Positions 59,297 through 64,000 of a stretch of DNA of 64,000 nucleotides are shown here, in pieces; the stretch's first letter is position 1; each line of letters begins with the position of its first letter. The notes under the pieces are model-generated. The model was not told the origin of the DNA. It saw nothing but the letters and a program-made list of their open reading frames with translations, and made no database searches. This DNA comes from Eledone cirrhosa (taxonomy: Eukaryota), in contig OZ024740.1 in the NCBI GenBank assembly GCA_964016885.1, forward strand, positions 19,220,001 to 19,284,000. Direction: 5' to 3'. The translations under genes and the position numbers were made by a program.

Positions 59297-59439
59297 AATA
59301 TTCGATTCGTTTGCAATTATGCAAACAAGCCTCGATTTTAAAGCAATGTCAGTAGAATGAATCCTTCATTCTTGCTCTTGTGTTGGCATGTAAATAAAAA
59401 ATGAGGCTTGTTTGTATAATTGCAAACGAATCAAATGTT
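59297..59439. mobile_element. MITE-like fold-back element with ~43-bp imperfect terminal inverted repeats
   Basis: aatattcgattcgtttgcaattatgcaaacaagcctcgatttt vs reverse complement of aaaatgaggcttgtttgtataattgcaaacgaatcaaatgtt; internal hairpin AGAATGAA-tcc-TTCATTCT. Confidence 0.65.
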
Positions 59440-59481
59440 ATTATTAATATATATATATATATTATTAATATATATATATAA

Positions 59482-59675
59482 GGGCGGTGGATTGGCAGTA
59501 TCGGTAGAGGGTCGGACGCCATGCTTTGCAGCATAGAGTTACGGCCCTTGCCATTATGAGTTCAAACCCCGCCGAGGTTAACTTTGCCTTTCATCCTTAC
59601 GAGGTCGATAAAATAAAGTACCAGTAATACACTGGGATAATTGCTGGCCTTGTGCCAAAAGTAGATACAATTATT
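59482..59675 (+). mobile_element. tRNA-derived SINE, most complete copy in the window (family of 55388 and 46846)
   Basis: GGCGGTGGATTGGCAGTATCGGTAGA head, GAGTTCAAACCC B box, GCCTTTCATCCTTACGAGGTCGATAAAATAAAGTACCAG core. Confidence 0.85.
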
Positions 59676-59867
<192 letters not shown>

Positions 59868-60085
59868 TAGGAAATAAGTGGTTAGATTCCTAATTATGCG
59901 TTCGGGGTGCTAACTAAAAGTATTGCGTGGAAAATTGGCTGTATTATTTCATATGAGACATATCTAATATATCTTTTCCCAGACGGACGTCTCGTTTCAT
60001 TATAGGATTCCTACAATTTGGGTGAAATTATACCAATTTATGTAGGAGCTTGTATACCATCAATAGATATATATTCAAGTGGGCT

Positions 60086-60778
<693 letters not shown>

Positions 60779-60781
<3 letters not shown>

Positions 60782-61456
60782 GAAAGCTCTATGTGTGACA
60801 GTATAGAAGCTCTTCTGCTTAAGCAACGACTCCGTTGGAGTGGTCACATTGCCAGGATGAAGGATTCTAGAATACCAAAACAACTCTTTTATGGAGAGTT
60901 GGTTAAAGGAAAACGATCGCCACATAAACCAAAAAAGAGGTATAAGGATTCCTTGAAAGCCTCTCTGAAAGACGCTAACATCTCTGCTGATACATGGGAG
61001 AATATTGCTGTTGATCGTAATAAATGGAGAAAGACTGTATATGAGGGAAAAGTTGCCTTTGAGGCATCTCGAATCGCATACGAGAAAGTAAAGCGGGATG
61101 TGAGGAAGGGCATTGCTGTTGCACTTCCAGACGGTGAGGGTCCTCCTATGGTGCTGACATGCAGCGTATGTGCGAGACTCTGCCTAAGCAAAGCTGGACT
61201 CGAAAGTCATCTTCGCAGTCATAAAGTAAGACCAGTGGTTGACTACCAGGCTGCTGTTGGAGATGCTATTCATCATGCTTGCCAAACATGTGGTAGAGAA
61301 TGTAAATCAGCAGGAGGGCTCAAGCGACATGCAAAAGTACACGAACTCCAACCACAGCCGACTATTCCCAGTGAATGTTTTGGTTGCCGACTCTGTGCAA
61401 GACATTTTAGATCATTGGCTGGGCTAAAAAGCCACATTCGATCGCAGCGCTGTTAG
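60779..61456 (+). CDS. Truncated RTE ORF C-terminus with three C2H2-type zinc fingers (ATG supplied by upstream TATG repeat)
   Basis: CSVCARLCLSKAGLESHLRSH, CQTCGRECKSAGGLKRHAKVH, CRLCARHFRSLAGLKSHIRSQRC; no stops. Confidence 0.6.
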
Positions 61457-61803
61457 TTGCTATCGTGTGTGTGTGTGTGTGCAGATATGCTTATGTGCGT
61501 GCGTGTGTGTGTATATATATATATGTATATGTATATTATTATTGTTGTTGTCGTTATTATTATTGTTGTTGTTATTATTATTATTGTTATAAATGTATGT
61601 GTGTGTGTATATGTGTGTGAGTATGTGTGTGTGTGTGTGTGTATATATGTATATGTATATATATATATATTTCTTTTTTCTTCTTTTTTTTATTTTTTTT
61701 TTTTATTTTTTTTTTCTTTATTTATTATTTTTTTTTTTTTTTCTTCTCCTCGTGCAATGGCCATACTCGATAACGAGGGGCAGCCATCATGTATGTATGT
61801 ATG
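60782..61803 (+). mobile_element. 3' fragment of an RTE-clade LINE (ORF C-terminus to 61456, microsatellite-laden 3' UTR, (TATG)n tail)
   Basis: LRWSGHIARMKDSRIPKQLFYGEL...PKKRYKDSLK...WENIAVDRNKWR is a typical RTE C-terminus; three zinc fingers; terminal GCAGCCATCATGTATG. Confidence 0.9.
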
Positions 61804-62390
61804 TTTTTAGTCCTGCAGGATGTCCAAAGTCACCCTCCTCACCAAGAAACCTTGGTGGGGTTGCCAGTTTAGTCGCCAACGACCCGACCATGAGACAAAA
61901 CCTGTCAAAGGGCAAAGGAGATCGTAAGAGTCAATGGCCATCCAAAATCACCGGGAGAGATGACCCCTTAGCCTTTGTCAAGGCAGAATTCTAGGAGAAG
62001 GAAAACTCTGATATAACACCTGCAACCCTGATGGTATCCAATGATGTTGACTTGTTCTTCTTTTTGGTAAATATCACCTTGGTTAAGAGAGTGGGACTGG
62101 CTTTGTGCAATGCCTTTGCTCACTATAAAAGCTTCACGGCACAGGCATTGCTTTATATCTGGAGATCTCTCTGCACTTGTCGTGACATGGTACCATGGGC
62201 CCAGCACTATGTGTCAATAATTGTCACAAGTGTAGTGTTTGTACCAGAGTTTTCAAGTCGCTGGCTGGACTAAAAAGTCACACTCGTTCAGCGCATCAGT
62301 AGGGGTTCTCCTACATGGATATAAAGTAGTGGCCGTACTCGAAAACGAGTTGGCAGCCACCATGTATGTATGTATGTATGTATGTATGTA
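61804..62390 (+). mobile_element. Non-autonomous RTE derivative, copy E, with inverted 5' segment (61804-61897)
   Basis: 61804-61897 is the reverse complement of the family head; 61895-62362 is sense and matches copy A; (TATG)n tail. Confidence 0.85.
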
Positions 62391-62486
62391 TACGTGTATA
62401 TGTATGTGTATATGTATGGATGGATGGCTGTATGAATGGATGGATGTGTATATGTACGTATGTATGTATGCTTGTGTGTGTGTATT

Positions 62487-62540
<54 letters not shown>
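62391..62540. repeat. Mixed (TATG)/(TGGA)/(TA)/(TG) microsatellite
   Basis: Direct reading. Confidence 0.9.
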
Positions 62541-62542
<2 letters not shown>

Positions 62543-62609
62543 TCTGTATATGTATACTTATGTTCATGTCTACATTTCGAAATTAATTTTGATTCTTTTT
62601 TATTCAAAG

Positions 62610-64000
62610 GTATACGTGCTTATTAATATATGAAACGTTTCTGCTGTACACAGCTGATATTTTCGCTCCATATATATATGATGCAGACATTCCCACTGTA
62701 CACCAGGATATATTTTAATCTGTAATATACTGAATATATGTATACATATGTGTTTGATATCACTGCCGTTGATTGCTTTGATGCTGTTGCCTGTAAAGTT
62801 GGACATATACTCTGTTTTACCCTCGTTGAGGTGAAGGCCAACGAAGGCTGCTTCCTGGAAAGATATCAACAGTTGTTGCACATTTTCTAGGCAATCTGCA
62901 AGAAGTGCAATGTTACCCGCAAAGTCAAGTTCAGTGAGACGTTTAGAGGGGTGCCGAGAGCACAAGCAGGGTTTGATGGTTATACCTTTGTTATTGATTT
63001 TTTCAATTGAGAGTCTTAGAGCGTAATGTAGTGCAATGATAATGACGAATGGGGCAAGAGGTCACTCTGCAGCACACCTGCTGAGATGTCAAAGAACTCT
63101 GTTGAGCCATCGGGGTGATGATAGTGGCACTTGTGTTGAGATACAGAGCCTTAATTGCTTCCACAAGTCTTGCTGGTATGCCATACAAGAGTAGAATTTC
63201 AAACAGAATGTCTCTGTTTATGCTGTCAAAAGCTTTTCTAAAGTCAACAAAAACCAGAGCTATTTGACTGTTGGAGTTTCTCATGGCCTCCACTATTCTT
63301 CTCAAGGCCAAAATATGTGCAAATGTAGATCTACCATGCCTAAAATCGTTTTGGTTGATGTGAAGGATTGGATCAACATACGGAACTATACGGTTGAAGA
63401 TTAGCTTGTTGTAAACCTAGGTAGCAATGGGCATAAGTGATATTCCTCGGTAGTTTGGGGGGGATGAGAGTTCGCCTTTTGGGGGGACAGGAACTATGCC
63501 TGCTTTTAGTCAACTTGTTGAAGGAGTTTTGTTGCTTAAGGTGTCGTTTCAGATTGATAATAGGACGGAAGTAAGGTTTGGTTCTTTCCAAATTATACTG
63601 GATATGTTGTCGAGACCGGGTGATTTTTTTGTTTTCAAGTGTTTTGATCACCTGGTTGATCTCACTCAAGGTGAAAAGTCCAGTGGAGATGTCGAGTTCA
63701 GGCGATACCACAGGCTTTAGGAGTTCGCCTTCTACAGGGATGGTTCTCCTAGTAGACCCTTTAAGTGGTCAGTCCAGCTCTTTTTCCTAGCTTCTTGAGA
63801 TCCTCCTTTGATGATGGTGAAGGTTTTTATCTTCTGCCAGTTATTCCGTTGATTAAAGCCCATGCAGCTTGCGTGCTGTTTGTTTATATGAAGGGTCTTA
63901 AGTTTGTTTATTTTTCCTTCTACATACTCTGCAAGAGAAGTTGTGTCCGCCTCATCAAGGTCTTTTTTTGCATTGGGTCATTTCACTTTTCAGTAAACTA
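62610..64000 (-). pseudogene. Old, heavily decayed RTE-like LINE RT region; continues past window end
   Basis: FTLSEINQVIKTLENKK, ALRRIVE, LVFVDFRKAFDSINR, YGIPARLVEAIKALY, LDFAGNIALLAD (decayed FADD), VGLHLNEGKTEYM in shifting frames. Confidence 0.85.

Noticed and set aside
59970-60045. Possible next exon after acceptor-like tcttttcccag
   Set aside because: Phase-0 frame reaches TAG after about 20 codons, is not coiled-coil-like and has no good donor

Overview
Eukaryotic, repeat-saturated DNA. The tRNA-SINE types and (TA)n/(TATG)n microsatellites suggest a cephalopod such as Octopus (inference). Positions 1-41502 are a 17-bp satellite (ACCTTACCACCAACACT) with nested higher-order repeats, followed by an inverted 2.3-kb block of the same satellite. 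Next come two tandem Tx1/L1-clade LINE copies sharing one insertion site (a ~290-bp 3' stub and a 5'-truncated copy with an intact 821-aa RT/zinc-knuckle ORF), a truncated SINE running directly into an 8-kb 13-bp satellite (TACTTACGTCCAG), and ~9 kb of SINEs, RTE LINE fragments and chained non-autonomous RTE derivatives. One clean internal coding exon (55616-55808, + strand; coiled-coil, CFAP210/CCDC173-like) is absent from the ORF track. It implies that the upstream >55 kb may be one satellite-filled giant intron. Both satellites repeat CTTAC, the complement of the 5' splice-site core, on the gene's sense strand. ORFs inside satellites and microsatellites are artefacts.
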